Shown: in pieces, positions 62,935 through 64,000 of the stretch | How positions within the stretch are numbered: the first letter of the stretch is position 1 | Layout of the letters: every line of letters begins with the position of its first letter | Source of the DNA: Cetorhinus maximus | Taxonomy: Eukaryota | Direction of reading: 5' to 3' | Length of the DNA: 64,000 bases | Assembly (NCBI RefSeq): GCF_964194155.1 | Contig: NC_135895.1 | Coordinates: forward strand, 26,474,001 to 26,538,000 | Notes under the pieces: model-generated | What the model was told of the DNA's origin: nothing | Databases searched by the model: none | Seen by the model: only the letters and a program-made list of their open reading frames with translations | Made by a program: the position numbers and the translations under genes

Positions 62935-64000
62935 GGAATGCCACGATGGTTCCAGTCTCTGATCACCATATGCTGAAAATGGACACCGGTGAGAATAGAA
63001 GCGAACAGCTGAGGTGCCTCCACAGACAAATGACAGGCAAACATTCGCTGTCTAACTGGCATTTGAAGAAAAACAGTTGGGCAGGGTCTGCGAGTGTGAA
63101 CGGTGCTCGTGAAACCACACAGGAGTCGATTCCATCAGGGGATGAGAAGGGAAAATGATTCTTAGAAACCCAGGCTTTAAGGGCAACTCCTTAAGGTACA
63201 GTTTCTGTGTTCTTCCCTAAATTAATGATTCTCTTTATTTCATATGGAATATTCTATTGATAAAATAATACTTCGAACAAACAACTGAAGGAGCATGGCA
63301 ACAACAGCAAAGAAACAAGGTGGAAGATAAATGAAGGGCATGTTCAATAATTTGAACATTATCATTTCAATTAGGGCTCCATTATGTTTCAGAATTTAAA
63401 GTATGTAGTTGGTAATTTAGGTTGAGGATTTACTTTAACTGAGATTTATACTCAGCATTTTTGTATTCCGCTACTGTTGTTTTGAGGTATTCATGGAGAT
63501 GAGCTGCTCCCAATAGGGTATGTTTCTTTCAGTTGGCTCTGCATTAAGTGTAGCATCAAGTAGATTTAAAAGAAAACTAATTATCTGAAAGCCAGAGAAA
63601 CAATTCAACGAAAAACTATTACATTACTGAATCTGTAAGGATCTTTGGTTTTGTCTCTGGAATGTTTCATATTTGTCCCCTAACTCATTTACTTGCTGTA
63701 AAATAACTTTCTGTCTGCCCCCAGGAGAATTCATGTCAGTTCCAAAACATTTTTAATTTCACTTGATAGCCACTGTTGAGTCTTACAGTTCATTGGTTTG
63801 TCCTGGGTTGTGATGTGTGACAGATCAAAGAGTGAATCCAACTGTCTAATTAACATCAAATATTTAATAGAATAAAATGAACAAGTTTTGGCTTCCTCCT
63901 GGAGACTGAGTTATAGTCTCATTGTAACCAAGTTCTGCCATTCCTGGAAAGTCAGCAGACAACCTGGTTTTCCATCAAACCGTGCAAACCAATCAGCTCG

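Noticed and set aside
62946-63158. 70-aa ORF in CpG-retaining unique sequence
   Set aside because: No recognisable domain or splice signals; length is within chance expectation.

Overview
Eukaryotic, transposon-dense DNA with no intact protein-coding gene; it looks intronic or intergenic. The repeat inventory (many CR1-group LINE fragments, Deu-domain and tRNA-derived SINEs, Penelope-like elements, PIF/Harbinger relics) points to a vertebrate, most likely a cartilaginous fish; this taxon call is inference from recalled repeat families, not from a search. Most ORFs in the supplied track are decayed TE pieces or chance ORFs. Main observations: (1) a Harbinger-type set made of a two-gene element (DDE transposase plus a spliced, convergent Myb/SANT gene, 57.9-60.4 kb), about nine further relics, and six copies of a 0.6-0.7 kb non-autonomous element built as a chain of short hairpins; (2) minimal hammerhead-ribozyme-like motifs in Penelope-derived terminal repeats, some as palindromic mini-insertions; (3) a 144-bp-arm inverted duplication whose junctions look like a replication template switch; (4) two speculative small host exons. 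All coordinates were read by eye, so boundaries of degenerate repeats are approximate.
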